A stretch of 64,000 nt of DNA from the human T2T-CHM13v2.0 reference genome, Homo sapiens (GCF_009914755.1 NC_060927.1), one strand, 5' to 3'; positions 15,531 through 33,013 are shown, counted from the stretch's first letter. A program made the numbers and translations. The notes: generated by a model from the sequence alone, not told the origin.

Positions 15531-15834
15531 ACAGAACAATTTTGGTTCTTGTAAAAAAAAATAGGAAGAGAAGGTTAAGTGTCCATAGTTTTCCAAAACG
15601 AGTATGTAACCCCACTGTATGCAGGGGCATGAGGCACAGTGGGTGTCTAGGGCATGCTTTGGAAGTATGCAGCTGGCAGCTGCAGAGGGAGAAAGGCATT
15701 GGCTAAGAAGAGAACTGTGTTCCTGGCCCAGATCTTATGACCTTCAGCTAGTCATTCTATGGACTTTAGGTTCCTTATCTGTAAAATGGGCCTGTTGCAC
15801 TATATGATTACTCTTATCAGCCAACTCAGAGGAG

Positions 15835-15858
15835 TGTGTGTGTGTGTGTGTGTGTGTG
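15835..15858. repeat. (TG)n microsatellite
   Basis: About 12 TG units, read directly. Confidence 0.95.
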
Positions 15859-16334
15859 CATGCATGGTCATGCCTGTGTGAGTGTGTGTATGTTTGTGGT
15901 TTTTAAAAGCTTACCTCCAAACAAAATTGCCCCTTCTCAAACTGGGTGCCACTGTTCTAAGCCATTCTTCCTGATGCAAGCTAGTAAATGTTCCCTTCAG
16001 ATCTCACATTAGGAATTTTGTTTTGATTACCTTAAAGACTCTTTGTAGCTCTGGCAGCCTCTCAATCTGTGCTTAGGAGGATGAAATGGTCTGTGCTCAC
16101 AGGCTTTGGAAGATAGAAAACTGCCTCTCTTCCTCCCTTCTCCCCACGCTTCCTCATCCCCTAATCTCCACTGGAATCTATCAGCTGAATTCTGAGTTTG
16201 TGTCCCCAAGGCAGGAATCTGGGAGGTGACAGGACACTGTCCCTCACAGCAGCTTTCTGTGAGCCATAGCATTCTAGAGAAGTCATGCAGTTGAAGAATA
16301 TAATTCAAAAATAGATAAACTGATAGCAAAGCCA

Positions 16335-16530
16335 CTGGTTATTGACCACTCGTTGTGTGTCAGGCACTGTGCTAATTCCTTACATATACATTTCTTAAAC
16401 CCTTATGATAACCTAGTAAACATAATGATCCCATATTATAGATGAGAACACAGACTCCGACAGGCTAAGTAATTTTCCCAAGGCCTCAGAACTCCTAAGT
16501 GGCTGAGCCAGGATTGAAGGCAGAGCTCCT
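16335..16530. mobile_element. MIR SINE
   Basis: tgtgtgtcaggcactgtgctaa ... cccatattatagatgagaacacagactc ... aagtaattttcccaagg matches the MIR core. Confidence 0.75.
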
Positions 16531-16561
16531 TGCCATCTGGCCAAAGAGGCATTGTGGAGCA

Positions 16562-16797
16562 GACTGTTTTTCAAAATATAGGTTATAATCCATTAATACT
16601 CCATGAAAATAATTCTGGGCTTAAGAATAGCATTAAAAATAGAGTAGAATGGAAAATATCAGAGTGCATCTTACGTAATATGTAAATATTATTTTGTGAA
16701 ATTTTGTGTGTGTATGTACAGTGTTGTGACATAAAATCAACTTCTTACTGTGGGTGGTCATTAACATTTTCTTTTATAATAGAGTTTGCGAAACTCC
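16562..16797. mobile_element. hAT-Charlie-type non-autonomous DNA transposon relic
   Basis: aatagagtagaatggaaaatatcagagtgcatc ... cttcttactgtgggt resembles a recalled MER/Charlie consensus. Confidence 0.45.
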
Positions 16798-17203
16798 AGT
16801 CAGGAGAAGTTAATTAATGAGATGGAATGAAAAGGGCAAGGTGTGGGGTGTTTGGGTATTTCCCCTGCAGAAATTGACCTTTTTTTTTTTTTTTTTTTTT
16901 TAGTTTTGTAGTTTTGTCATTTCAAATACCCTCTTTACATCTTTCAGTCTCTTTTCCTTATGGTTCCTTCTTGTTCTGAAATTCTATGACCCTTTGAGAA
17001 GCACAGGCAATTAATTTGTGTTTTGGCAGGGTAGAGAATGACAGAGTCACTGGGCACTGGGAAGCTTTACAGGGTACTTTTCCCTGAGCGGAGAGGAGGA
17101 GGCTGGTTTCTCTGGGCAGAGGGAGATAATACTCTATGTTTTGCTCCTTTTAGTCAACACTGTAATAGCAAAATTTATTCATGTATTTGTTTATACTCTA
17201 GTT

Positions 17204-17497
17204 CAGGGGTTCCCAGCCTCTGGGCTGCAAACTGGTACTGGTCTGAGGCCTGTTAGGAACTGGGCTGGACAGCAGGAGGTGAGCAGTGGGCGAGCAAGCA
17301 GCACTGCCTGAGCTCTGCCTCCTGTCAGGTCAGCGGCAGCATTAGATTCTCATAGGAGCGCCAACCCTATTGTGAGCTGTGCATTCGAGGGATCTGAGAT
17401 GGGACAGTTTCATCTTGAAACCAACCTTGTCCTCATCTGTGGAAAAATTGTCTTCCATGAAACCAGTCCCTGGTGCCAAAAAGGTTGGAGATTGCTG
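17204..17497 (+). mobile_element. MER1B-like hAT-Charlie MITE with perfect 8-bp TSD
   Basis: caggggttcccagcc ... aaaaggttggagattgctg; TSD CTCTAGTT at 17196-17203 and 17498-17505. Confidence 0.9.
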
Positions 17498-17505
17498 CTC
17501 TAGTT

Positions 17506-18558
<1,053 letters not shown>

Positions 18559-20162
18559 TGATGGCAGCAGCAGCCCATTTGGAGCAGTTGCTGCAAAGAT
18601 GCTGGCTGCAGCAGTGGAGGCACAGCCAGGGCTGCACGCTTAGCAGAGCCAACGGGAGCCCTGCCCCCTTTCAAGTTGGTGGGGCAGGAGCTCTGCATTC
18701 CTGGGTGCAACTGTAGCCACCCAGCTGTGGCTGCAGACTCAGGCATCCCTGTGCTCTCAGGGGCCTGGGAAGACCCCTGGTGCTTCTGCAGGCTTGGAAG
18801 TACCTGTTCCCACTGCCTGGCCTCTCCCCGCTCCTGGCACCTGCTCCAGTTTCGGAGCAAAGTTGTGGCCAAGCCTGGGTGCGGTCATGACCTGGCTGGG
18901 TGTTCAGGTGCTTGGGGTGGCACTGACATGCCAGCCTCCTGCTACCTCGGCCCCTTCTGGACTTTGGGTGTTGACGATCATGGAAGGGAGGCTGAAGTGG
19001 GGCTAAGGGCAGCCTGGCATGAGCCTGCAGGTGCCCCTCAGCATGAACGGCCTGGGTGCTCTGAATGGTGGCCAGAAGCAGAAAGGCTCCTGGGTGGAAA
19101 GGGGCAGGTCCCCAGTGAAACCCCACCTTCAAGCCAGGGATGACCTGAAGTCTGGGGGCCAGGCTGCCAGTTCCGTGGACTGGAATGAGAACTTAACGGT
19201 GTTTTTTCTGGGCCTGCCCATGGCCACCCATGGACCAATCAGCACATACTTCCTCACCTCTGAAGCCTGTAACAACCCTGGACTCAGCCAGGCTACAGCA
19301 GATAACAGGACAACCTGCCTGTAGAGAAGAGCTACCCACTGTGGGTCTCCTTTCCACTGAGGGCTGCACAGACAACAGGATTACCTGTCTGTGCATAGGA
19401 GCTACCTATTCTGGGTCTCCCCTCTTCTGAGGGCTGCAGAGCTATTGGGATGTCCTGCCTGCAGATAGGAGCTACCCACTTTGATTCTCTTGAGAGCTGT
19501 ACTGTTGCTCAATAAAGCACCTCTTCGCCTTGCTCACCCTCCAGTTTTCTGTGTATCTCATTCTTCATGGACAAGGGACAAGAGCTTGGGACCCACCAAA
19601 TGGCGGGCCTGAAAGAGCTATAACACAAACAGGGATGAAACACACCCCCCTACTTGCCATATTGCGGGCAACGAGAAAAAGAGAAAATAGGAGAGAAGTG
19701 CTGCAGCCCTTTGGGGAACCCAGACCTAGGAGCTCCCCAAGCTAGGGGTGTGACACCCTCTTTGGGGCTCTGTGGTTCCTGGTGTCTCCAAGCTTCTGGG
19801 CACCACCACGTTACCCGGTGCCCACAGTGGAAGCTGCTTGCAGTATACCTGGTCCAGCTGTAGCCCTGCAGGGAGCCGGTACCCATGCCAGTTCCTGGAG
19901 CTGCCCACCCCACCACAGCTGGCATGCTAGGCTGTGTGCAGTAGCCAGACTGCATACTTGCTCACTCACACACCCATTGCTGCTCTGTGCCTGGCTTGCC
20001 CTTGACAGGTGTGGGCTCTGGGCTGGTAGTGCAAGCTGAGCACAGCCCACCAGGCCAAGTGGGTAGAATGAGCCCAGTAGGCCCAAGGAAAACTCAGATA
20101 AAGGCGCCACTGGCCACAGAGGTTTCCTGCTGGCAAAGTGACACCCCAAGGATCCTGAGACA
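18559..20162 (+). mobile_element. MER52-family ERV1 solo LTR
   Basis: Starts TGATGGCAGCAGCAGCCC and ends GATCCTGAGACA (TG...CA); 4-bp TSD TATA at 18555-18558 and 20163-20166; internal repeats of acctgcctgtagagaagagctaccc; AATAAA at ~19511. Confidence 0.88.
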
Positions 20163-20728
20163 TATACATGAGACTGTGATAGAGCTGCCTGGTCTATTCT
20201 AGTCCATGGTCAATTTTTTTGTTTCTGCACTAATGTCATATTTTCTTAATTATGAGAGCTTTATACCAAGTCTTGATATCTAAAAATTAAGTTCTCCTAC
20301 TTTTTTTCTTTTGAGGTTCTCTTGGCTTTTCTTGGCCCTTCATGTTATATATCCGTTAACTTTCATAGTCAATGGTATGTTGATCTAAATAGGCAAGTTT
20401 TTCATTAGTGGAAGCAGAACATTCGTAGTAAAAAACTTTTAAAGATTTTGATTGTCATAACAAATGGCCCTCTGGCATAGGTGATACCAATGTGTACTCC
20501 ATAAGGAGATTGTAATAATATTTGAAATGGAAAATGACTATATCAGACTATATGTGTGTTTTGTGATTTAATTTGGGGAAAAATATCTATTTCATGCCTC
20601 TAGTATTTCTCAAAAAACATGTTGAATATGAGTCTTATTAGGTTTTGCTTGTTTGGTGAGTAAAAATGCCAAGCCTCATGAGAAGCAGAATGTATTTTCT
20701 CTTTTATTGTAACTGCATGTACAATACC

Positions 20729-21140
20729 TGCTATGGACTGAATCGTGTCCCCTCCAAATTCATATGTTGAAGTGCTAACCTCCAATGTGGTAGTATTTGG
20801 AGATAGGGCCTCTGGGAGGTAATTAGGGTTAGCTAAGATCATGAGGGTGGGCCCCCATGATGGAATTAATGGCTTTATAAGGAGGGAGGGAGAAAGAGAT
20901 AGATCGATCGATCGACTGATAGAGACCGATCGATTGATCAACCAAGAGAGATCTCTTTACCACCTGAGGACAGAGAAGGTGGCTGCCTACAAGCTGCAAA
21001 AAGGGCTCTTACCAGGAACTGAATCAGTGAGCAGCTTGATCTTGGACTTCACAGCCTTCAGAACTGTGAGAAATAAGTGCCTGTTGTTGAAGCCACCTAG
21101 CTCATGGTATTTTGTTAGAGCAGCTCAAGCAGACTAATAA
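20729..21140 (+). mobile_element. MLT1A-type MaLR LTR
   Basis: tgctatggactgaatcgtgtcccctccaaattcatatgttgaag ... cagccttcagaactgtgagaaataag ... gcagactaa. Confidence 0.85.
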
Positions 21141-22084
21141 TATAGTACCCATGTGACTCTGAATTTAGAAAATAATTGATTATAAGTTATTCTGAAAAGA
21201 AGGTCTATATACACTTAAAAGCAAAGCAAAGTAAGAGTTTTTAAAAGTCTTAAAAGCAAACTGTATGCATATGTAGTTTACATAAGCATTTCAAAAGAAT
21301 TCTCAGTTTTGGGTGCATAGGGATTGCTATCATATTTTGCAATGCTCATGAGCCAGGAATGGAAATATTTAACATTAAGTTAATAAGAAAATAACATGAA
21401 AAAGTTGTTTAGTGAGCTGGAGTCAGAGCTCCAGGTTGAGTGAAACTGCTTTAGGTTTCATAGCTGTAAACACAGACCTTCAGGTACAGAGAAGCTAGTG
21501 ACTGCAGGATTAATATTAGACATACAACCCTAAACCAAAACCCAAACTTAAAAGCCAACTAGTAGCTCCAATAAACAGTGTGGTTCATGACCTAGTGTAA
21601 ACCAAAAGGATGATTTGGCATGCAAGATGGGAAGTGTAATAAACAAACAAAAAATCCACTTCAGCCTCCGTAAATGACCAAACTGACCGCAATGAAATCA
21701 CATACAAATCAGGTGCTGTCTACTTGAATTGTGTAATTGGAACACAGCACATGGGAGAAAGAAATCATAGGGTAGAATTTGTGTTGTGCTAGGGGGACAC
21801 TGAACTGAACCAGTAGAGGTTAATGGAGCAATTAAATTGAGAAAAGGTACAAAATCAATTTTACAGCCAGGATGTTTGTACATTCCTTCATTCATTCCCT
21901 CAACAAATATTTGTTCAGAGCACTCCATATGCAAAGCACTCATGCTAAGTCCTGAAGTGGTTTTAAAGATGTACATGACGGTACTAGAAAATGTTCACAT
22001 TGATTTGTTATGCAGCAGTACGTCTACCTTTGAATCACAATAGCTCCCATAATGCACTACCCTTGTCTTTGAGAAACTTTAAAT

Positions 22085-22502
22085 ATCTGGGGCCGAGTTT
22101 CTTAAAGACTAGGAACCCTACTACTTACTCATGAGGTAATTTTTAGGAGAATGAGAAATGATTTTCAATTTTAGTTTGGGGCATTCTGTCTTTAATGCTT
22201 TCTAAAACTAATCTCCCCCTCCTTTAAAAAAATAAGGAATATGTCTAAGCCTTTTATAGGCCATAATCAAACTATTATGTTACAACTTTTTTGTTTTATT
22301 TTTTGGTTACTTTTCATTTCTAGAACATGATAATGGTTTCAACTCACTGTGGTGGTATATAATTTTTATTTAAAATAAACATAAATTAGGTCTTGAACAG
22401 TGAGTCAGATGAAAGAAAATATTAAACAATAGGACAAGTGGAATCTGCTTATGGTGAAAGAGAATAAAAGTAGTAGAGCGATGAATGAGGTTTAGGAACC
22501 CA
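22085..22502. mobile_element. Old hAT-Charlie relic (related copy at ~5690-5940)
   Basis: agtgagtcagatgaaagaaaatattaaacaataggacaagtgg here vs aaagtgagtcatttaaaaggaaaacgctacgtgatagtacaggtg at ~5844. Confidence 0.4.
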
Positions 22503-24876
22503 TACAAAAGGAAATAAGACAAGCACATGCATCTCTATAATATCAGCTAACTCAGCGGTTCAGACATGAGCTCCGGAAGGAGTTCTGGGCATTAGCTTTT
22601 GCTTTTTCCTGTAGTAATTCTGTAAGTCTCCCTGGATGAGGCTTTCTTTGGATAGAGATTGGCATGGGACCAGTGGACTTTCCAAATCGGGGAAAAGACC
22701 ATGAAAGGCTGAGTCAAGGTGTGTGCTGCTGCCACGGACGGTGATTCCTCAACTTAAGTGTGCACCAGAATCAGCTGGAGGGTGTTTCCAACAGGCTGTC
22801 AGTACCCAACCTTGGACATAGTGATTTATGGGAGGACAGGGAGTGTTTAAATTTCACTTTAAGAAGGTCTTTGGACCACTTGAAAGAGACTGTGACTCTG
22901 GAGAATAAACACAGAACTCAAGGGCAGAAAGAAGCTCCTGATTGTGGACTCAGCATTCCTTTTGCTGTCATTGGCTTGCAGTACCATTGGACTAGGTCAG
23001 TTTATGTATCTCAGTTGTTTATGTATGTTATTTGGCATGTTTATGTATCTCTAATGTTGCCCATGAGGCTTACCTGCTTATTTGCTGCCAATCAGGTGGC
23101 ATTTCTGTGGGAGAAATGGGGAGGAGAATGATTGGATGTGGGAGGATAGAGAGAAGATCTTCTTTTCTTAGTTTTCTGTTCTCTGAGCAGTGTTTAGGCA
23201 TTCAGTAGTCCTTGGGAGACACTGAAATAAAGTTGCTAAAATTCTGCTGGACCTAGTTATTTATGGGCAAAATTAGTACCACATGTTCAGTCTTCTTAAA
23301 ATTTCCATCCTTCTCTCGTGGGAGATATAAGGACTAGTATCTGCAAGTTGCTTTGAAAGTAAACCATGCAAGCTGATGACATTATCCGCCTTCCTTTGAC
23401 AGCAAGAATCAGTGATGTGGGAGGTCTTGTAGGTAAATCAAGACTTTGAATCAGGAGGAACCATGGGATTAGACTAAATGTGAGCCCAAATAAACACAGT
23501 GCATATTCAGCACTTTGCCATAAATAACCAGATGGATAATATTCTATTGGGGGATTGCAGTGTGGGTTATTTAAAAGGATGTAAAAGATTGCTGACACAG
23601 GCTGGGACCAGGGGAAAGCTGTGGGTACATCTGCAACTATTGAGCACATATTTCTAAGGGTTTCCAGCACTACATAAGTAAACGATTGCCTTCTTGAGTG
23701 AAATGGGAGCTTCATAAGGGCCGTAAACACCAAACTGATGGCCATGATGGCTGGCCAAATCCAGCTGTTTAAGAAACAATGCCATTCAGCCAAAACATAC
23801 CAACTGCCACCACCTCTCTTAGGTTCCTCTCCAACACAGCACTCTATGCAGAAGGGCCACATTTGAGAAACGGATACCCAAGAGCCGTGACCTGGTGACA
23901 CCAGCAAAAATGCTCCAAATATGTAAAGATGTTGTGGCTTCCACATTATTGTGGACAGAGCTAAACAAGCCAGAGATCCAAAAGCTTCCAAAGCAGTGCC
24001 ATGCATGTTAACTGAGAAGAATTAATTTTCACCAGTAGGAGAGCGCTTCCTTCTGTCATCAGTGACTACTGTTCCTGCTTCGTTGGTGCTGCCATTCTGC
24101 CAAGCACAACACCACATGTCATGATGTCGTACATCAAATTTGCATTCTTCGGGCACAGAGTCCAGGCAGTGGCAATGGCTATACATTTGCATGGCTCACT
24201 ATGATGAGTATACAATGATGAACTACAATGACAGGTCAAAATCACACCAGTCTCCTTGTTCTAGGCAGATGAGATACTGGGGATAAAAGAAACAAAATAT
24301 CCATCATTAAAATAATGATGGGAAAAAAATCTGGGTGAACCCAGGTGCTTGTCATAAAAATCAAAACAGTATCTCGCTACAATAAATTCCTAATTTCTTA
24401 TGCTGCATAAAAATTTCATTAAGCCAATTAGATCCTGAAATAAATGACAAATGGAACACTGGCTGGAGGTTAAGAAAACAACATTTTCATAGAAAGGCTA
24501 GGGGTTTAGGTTATTTGTTGAATTGGAATTTGACCTGTGGCATTACAATGCAGATTGTCTCCAAAAACTGTAAGTGGGGCATGGATTTGCAGAAGAGACT
24601 TTTCTGCATAATAAGTTGTGTCCTAACAATAAAATTGTGCATAAAAATTGACAGCTAACAAGGCAAAGCAAAGAAACAGTGCACGAAATCAACAAAACAT
24701 TTTGTGCTCTAGAAATGGATGTGGCAGAAACTGTACTTGAGCTGAAAAGTTGTTCCTTTGAAGTAAGTAGAACTACATGTAATGTTGTGACTGAGAAAAG
24801 AGAAACCTATAGAAGGACGAAGATATATCGTCTGAAAACTAATGAGATGTTACATTTTGAACCAAAATCGCATCTA

Positions 24877-25305
<429 letters not shown>

Positions 25306-25972
25306 CTAATAATAGAACTGAGAAGACGCGGAATGAAACCAACTAGATTGAGAGCTACTTTCTTTATTCAGTGTTTTCCCCTGTTGGGTTTTTAATCCTG
25401 TGATGCCAAATGATATCTGTATGAAATTGTACATTCCACTTCACTCACCAGTACACCATAGAAATTACACACATAAGCACAGAGATCACCTGTGGAAAAT
25501 TCCATGTCTCTGCATAAGAGTTTATAAGTTACACGGATAAGAGATAACATTGCCTAGAATAGAATTTGCTTCTGTGTGTGGCAATGTACACTGTGAGACT
25601 CACGACGTGCCCAGGGCGCTTGTCTTTCTTCATAGAGAACCAGTGTCACAATGTGTTGCTACTGTAATGAAGTGTGGCTATAATTTCTTTTTCTTTCTGG
25701 CTAATGCAAGCAAAGCAGCTATTTCTGCTGCTTTTGGTACATGTGGAGGTTTAAGGTGGTGGGCTAATTTTGGGGAATTTTTAAGCATTATTTTACTTAT
25801 TTTTACAGGCCCTCATACAGTTGTACAGGTTATATCTGGCAACAAATCACCAGTGTTGCAGTGAATGCCACTGAAATCCATCCTGCATCTGCCCTCTGGC
25901 TGTGTACCCTGGTGAGGAGCTGCATAGGAGAGAGGAGGGAGACACATCTCTCTCTCTTTTAAAGTATTATGA

Positions 25973-26305
<333 letters not shown>

Positions 26306-26309
26306 CATT

Positions 26310-26923
26310 CTTTTTTAATTTCAAGTTTTATTTTAGATTCAGGGGGTACATGTAGGTTTGTTACATGGGTACGGTACATTGTGTGATGCTGAGCTTTGGG
26401 GTATGAATGATCCCATCACCTAGGTAGTGAGCATAGTAACCAACAGGTAGTTTTTCAACCCTTTTCTCCCTCTTTCTCTCCCCTCATAGTAGTCCCTAGT
26501 ATCTACTGTTGCCATCTTTATGTCTATATGTGCCCAGTATTTAGCTTCCACTTGTGAGAGCATCAGTATTTGGTTTTCTGTTCTTACATTAATTCACTTA
26601 AGATAATCACTTCCAGCTGCTTCCATATTGCTGGAAAAGACATGATTGTGTATTTTTATGGCTGTGTAGTGTTCCATGGTGTACATGCACCACATTTTCT
26701 TTAACCAATCCACTGTTGATAGGTTCCTAGGTTGATTCCTTATCTTTGCTTAGTGCTTTGATGAAACATATGAGTGCATGTGTCTTTTTGGTAGAATGGT
26801 TTATTTTCCTTAGGATATATACCAAGTAATAGGATTGCTGGGTCAAATGGTAGTTCTGTTTTAAGTTGCTCGAGAAAGCTCCAAACTGCTTTCCAGAGTG
26901 GCTGAACTAATTTACACTCCCAC
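26310..26923 (-). mobile_element. Primate L1 3' end (old L1PA/L1PB type), split by an ERV; resumes at 33551-33630
   Basis: ggggtacatgtaggtttgttacatggg ... gctgaactaatttacactcccac, continuing as ctgccaataagcgttcccttttctctgaagccttgccagcatctg; minus-strand peptide WECKLVQPLWKAVW matches the L1 ORF2 C-terminus. Confidence 0.9.
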
Positions 26924-27829
<906 letters not shown>

Positions 27830-27832
27830 TTT

Positions 27833-27850
27833 TGGGGGCTTGTCTGGGAT
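27833..27850 (+). other. Retroviral primer binding site, tRNA-Pro type
   Basis: TGGGGGCTTGTCTGGGAT vs canonical Pro PBS TGGGGGCTCGTCCGGGAT; both differences are CpG transitions. Confidence 0.9.
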
Positions 27851-30800
27851 ACCTGAAGAGCAAATAAATGTAGACCTAGACTCTTCACTTTTTTCTGAGG
27901 ATTCTTGTCCTCAGACTTTTTTTCTGAAGGCAGATGAAGTGCTGAACCTCTGGTGAGACCATTAAGAATGAATGGCCTGGCTACAGAGGACAGGGTGCTG
28001 GAGAGGTCCCCAACGCCCCAGCCAATTGCTCTCGGGGTTTGGGAATGTTGGCCTCGTTCCAATCCAGCAGTCTTTTCTATGTTATTTTTCTTCTTTTCTG
28101 GGGGCTGTCATGGTGCCTATTTCTTCTTTTATAATGTTAAGGGTGTTGCATATTGCAGAGATATTACTAGGTAGAATGAGCATTTGGCCTAGCCATCAGA
28201 TATGCAATTCAGAACAATGTGATTTCTGCCTGGCAAGGAGGGTACAGTGATCCAAGGGTTTTTCCCCTGCTGAAGGAACCCATTTTCATAGATCAAGAGG
28301 CTTTTTTCCCCAGGCACCTTCCCCCGTGCACTTAAGCTTTTTTTTTTTTTCTTTTCTCCACCATGTCAGGAGTTCACATAGCCCTGCAAATACAGGGAGC
28401 TTTTCTGTGTGAGAGGTTTTTTTCCTTTTGAAAGGTGTCTTACTAGGCCAGGACCCAATTCATGGTACTCCCTAACTTAATGAGTCTATGCATCCTCCTG
28501 AGACACCTTTTTGTCCCAAACTCAATTCCAAGCTTCAGGTTGAAGCCCTAGAAAGAAAAGCTAGATCTGAGGGATCCAGAGGCAGACAACAACAGAAGTC
28601 AAGGGGAACAGCACAGGTGAGCATGACTAATTCCTGCTGATTAGGTGCCCCCTCCTCCATTTCGTGGATAGAGGTCATGCTAGTATCCATGGCATAAATG
28701 AGATCTGGGAAACTCAAAGGTTACCGACAGCATGGGGTATAGGTAGTGCGTGGGTGAGTGTGGATAATTCCTACCACCTGGGTCTCCTGTTAACACGGGT
28801 GAAAGCTGCATTGGCACCCATGGGTGGCACCCTGCTGAGATCACCAGGACTCGGGATATAAGGATGGAAGAAAGAAGGGGAATGTCTTTTCTTTCTGACC
28901 CTCACATACCCTGGTATTTGCTGGGAAGAGAAAGGAACTAAGGGACAGTCTTCCCCCCCCTTTTCAAATGGGTAAGCAATCATCTTCAGTCTGTATTTCT
29001 CTCAAATGCCCCCTGAATCACTGGGACTCCTTTGCAAAAAAGAACTTTTATTTTTTTTCCTTTTCTTCCTCTGTCCTCTCTTTGTGGATAGGTAATCGTG
29101 TCCCTGTACCACAGGACACTCCCCTCAGATGCATTCCCCAAACAGGGAAAAGCTAATTTCCCCAAACCTTAAACTGCTTGGCTTAAAATTGAACTTGGGG
29201 GAAGGGAACCCAGAAACCTGACATGCCGGCAAAGGGTAAAGTTTTTTTTAACCAGTCGTACTTCTGACCTTTCTCTCCCTGTGCAAACTGGTAAAGGAAT
29301 GGTAAAGATCACTGTAAAATTTTGAAAAAAAAAACTAGATGAGGTCTCATCTTGTTTTATATCCTTGGGAGCTTGACCTTGTAACAATGTGGCAGTACTT
29401 TCTTTTGGTCTCTGCCATTTTACAATGGGAATGAGTACTTTCTAGTTAATATCTCCCCTCGAAGAACAGCTTCTAACTTCCTTTCTTAAATCTTCCTTTC
29501 TCTGAGCTACCTTTAAAGATTTCAGATTTTGTGAAAACTGCTTACCACCTATTTGAAAATACCTTGTATGCTCGTAGTTAAGTCATAACCTTAGTTGAGG
29601 CTTGTTGGTTTCACCTGTGAGGTTACTTTTGGTAAAGTTCAAAAGCCAGAAATATTGGCCACTTGGCTAAAGTCGGGTAACAAAGGATTTAAAAGTATTT
29701 TCTTAAAGAATGTTATGGTTAAAAGCCAGCTTAACTAAAAGTAGATATCCAAGCTATAGGTATATTTAAAAGATCTTCTTTTTTTTCTCTTATTGGATCT
29801 TGTGTTGCTGGAAGATGTTTTGTCTCCTCAGTTGACTGAATTATTTTTCTCCATTTTGTCTTGCCACTCAATGCACACATAAGAGGCCCTAAGGGAACTT
29901 CTGAGAGCATGGGACTCCTTGGGAAAAACAGAGAAGGTGCCACGGACTCTGTTTAGGAAAAAAGACCTCCTTTTTCCTCATGAAACCCCAGGAATTAAAA
30001 GCAGATATATCCCTCTCAAAATCTGTTTTTGTCATCCAGCTATGCCTGTTTCTTATGCCCTAGAAACTGCATGTTTTCCTAGCCCTGTTTGTTTAAGGGC
30101 TCCACCCTGAAGCCAGTAATCCAATTAGTAGATTGGTAAATGAAAAATCCTACAACTACTGGATCTTCTTCTGTCTGCCTGTGTAATTATATATGTGTTA
30201 TATGTGTGATGTTTATAAAAAAGAGCTCTAACTGATTGGCCTAAAGAAAAATAAGCGCTTAGATCAATTTTTTTTGAAGAAACAAAAGCTGTAATGCCTT
30301 TTAGTTCATGTGACTTTCATATTTGAGAAATAAAAACAGCTTTAAAGATAATTGGTAAAATACAAATGTCTTCAAAATGTAAATATATGGTGTAGATTAT
30401 GCAGGTCAGACACTAGGTTTGCTAAATGTTTTAAGGTTATAAACTGCTTCTTTGGCTTTTGAAAATTTGTTCAACTTGCCTGCTTTACAGTTTGGTAAGG
30501 CCTGGGGACATATGGCATTAACTATGCCCCTAACTATGCTGGGAAGTGTCAGACCTTAGCTGCACCTAGCACATAATTAAAATAACTTACCAGGTTTTAC
30601 ATTAAAATTAAAAATTGGTAAGTGTTACCATTATAACATTTAATTGAGACTACTCAAAATAGATTTACATGCAAGGTGTGTAAGAAAAGTAAAACATGTT
30701 TTTAGTAAAAATTACAAGAAGGCATGAAAATGTAAATTTTTGTGTAGTTTAAAGGGTTAAAAGATTGTTTTAAATTAAATAAGATAAAGCTAAAGGCTTA

Positions 30801-32314
30801 ACCAAGTTGTGGAAGGTTTGTAAAAATTAATCTTGTAAGAGAAACTCTGTGCATGAACATATTGACTAGATTCAAAAGGATATTATATGGTTTTTCCATA
30901 AATTGAGCATTGAAATAAAAGCACAAGATTTTCTTAAGGCACTAATCTGCTCTTTAACAAAAACTTATAAAGGGTTATAAAAGGTCTATAAGAATCTCAC
31001 CTCATGACCAAACTAGTTAAGATTGGATAGAATTATTTATAAGGTTTCATTAAAAAATTGTGGTTGACATTAATAGCAGACTAATGCGAGGGCGAAATTA
31101 GATTTTCTCTCTTTTGAACAAGATTTTCATGTAATAGTAAAGGATAATGAAAGGTTTTTGCCTTTTAAAAAATTCTTGAGTCATCATTTTGGCTAAATGA
31201 CTTGTGGTAACCTGGAATTTTATTTCAAACTATCAAGTGTTTTGAACATTTAGCATGTTTGATAGGCCTCCCAAAATCAAATTTCAGCTTCAAAATTGTC
31301 TTTTCTAAATCCTTACTTTTGGATGCTACAGAGGGCCCCTGGAGCATCCGAAAGAGAGGTAAACAGGATTATTTGACGTGTTTATTTATTTGGGATTGCC
31401 AAAATAAGGTTTAACCTTCAGGTTATATTTCAGTGAATAATATTAATATATGTCCCAAAATTGTATAGGATTTCTAAAATTCTAATATCTGAGTATATGT
31501 TATCAATCATGATTAAGGTTATATTATTGCAAACCACAGAAATAAGCAAATTCCTTTGTCAATCATATTTTTGACTGTGACTACCCAAAGACATTTTGTC
31601 ATTCACAGACAATTGTTGCTTTGTTTTGATCCTCTTCAAACTATGGTTTATAATCAGCTATAGGACTTTGACAGCTGATCTCAAATGCAGGTTTCTGATA
31701 GCTTTGGATATTGTAACACTGGAATAGAGGAAAACATACAGGACTCATGAAGAGCTGAAATGTTCATGAATATCAAGCCAACAAGAGTAACTGAATGGAC
31801 TGAACTAACATAAAACTGAAGTAATCTTTTTAAACTTTTTTGCTTAAAACACTGCTGATCTTTGTTTTGTTTTTCAGAGCCAAGGAAACTTTTCTTTTGA
31901 GCTATCTACAGCTTTTAACAATTGAGTAAGGTATACTCCTGTGAACAAAATTTGAGGCATATTTGTTTCTCTCTGCCTGGTTTCTCTAGAATTTGGAAAC
32001 TGAATATTCTTAACTTATGGCAACATAGCTATTTGCATCAGTGCAATCAACAAGAATCCATTTTGTTTTGCAGCAGGATGCAGCTGGAGAAACTGGTTGT
32101 TTTACCAAGGCTTGGACTGGAAAGGGCATGCTTCCCTTAAAAAAATCAAGCTTGACTTGCAGAGCCAATAAAAGCCTGTTGGGAAAACCGGCCTCATACC
32201 TTGTCTACCTAGTCCCTATACAGGGTTCCTAACCTGTGGTGAGTAAAGAATGTCACTTCCTAACAGGCCCAGGAGCCCCATGTCATCTTGGGACCTCAAG
32301 AAGAGAGGAATTTA

Positions 32315-33013
<699 letters not shown>

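Noticed and set aside
23296-24006. 236-aa minus-strand ORF as a protein-coding gene
   Set aside because: No recognisable domain, promoter or splice context; not called as a CDS and kept only as an unexplained region.
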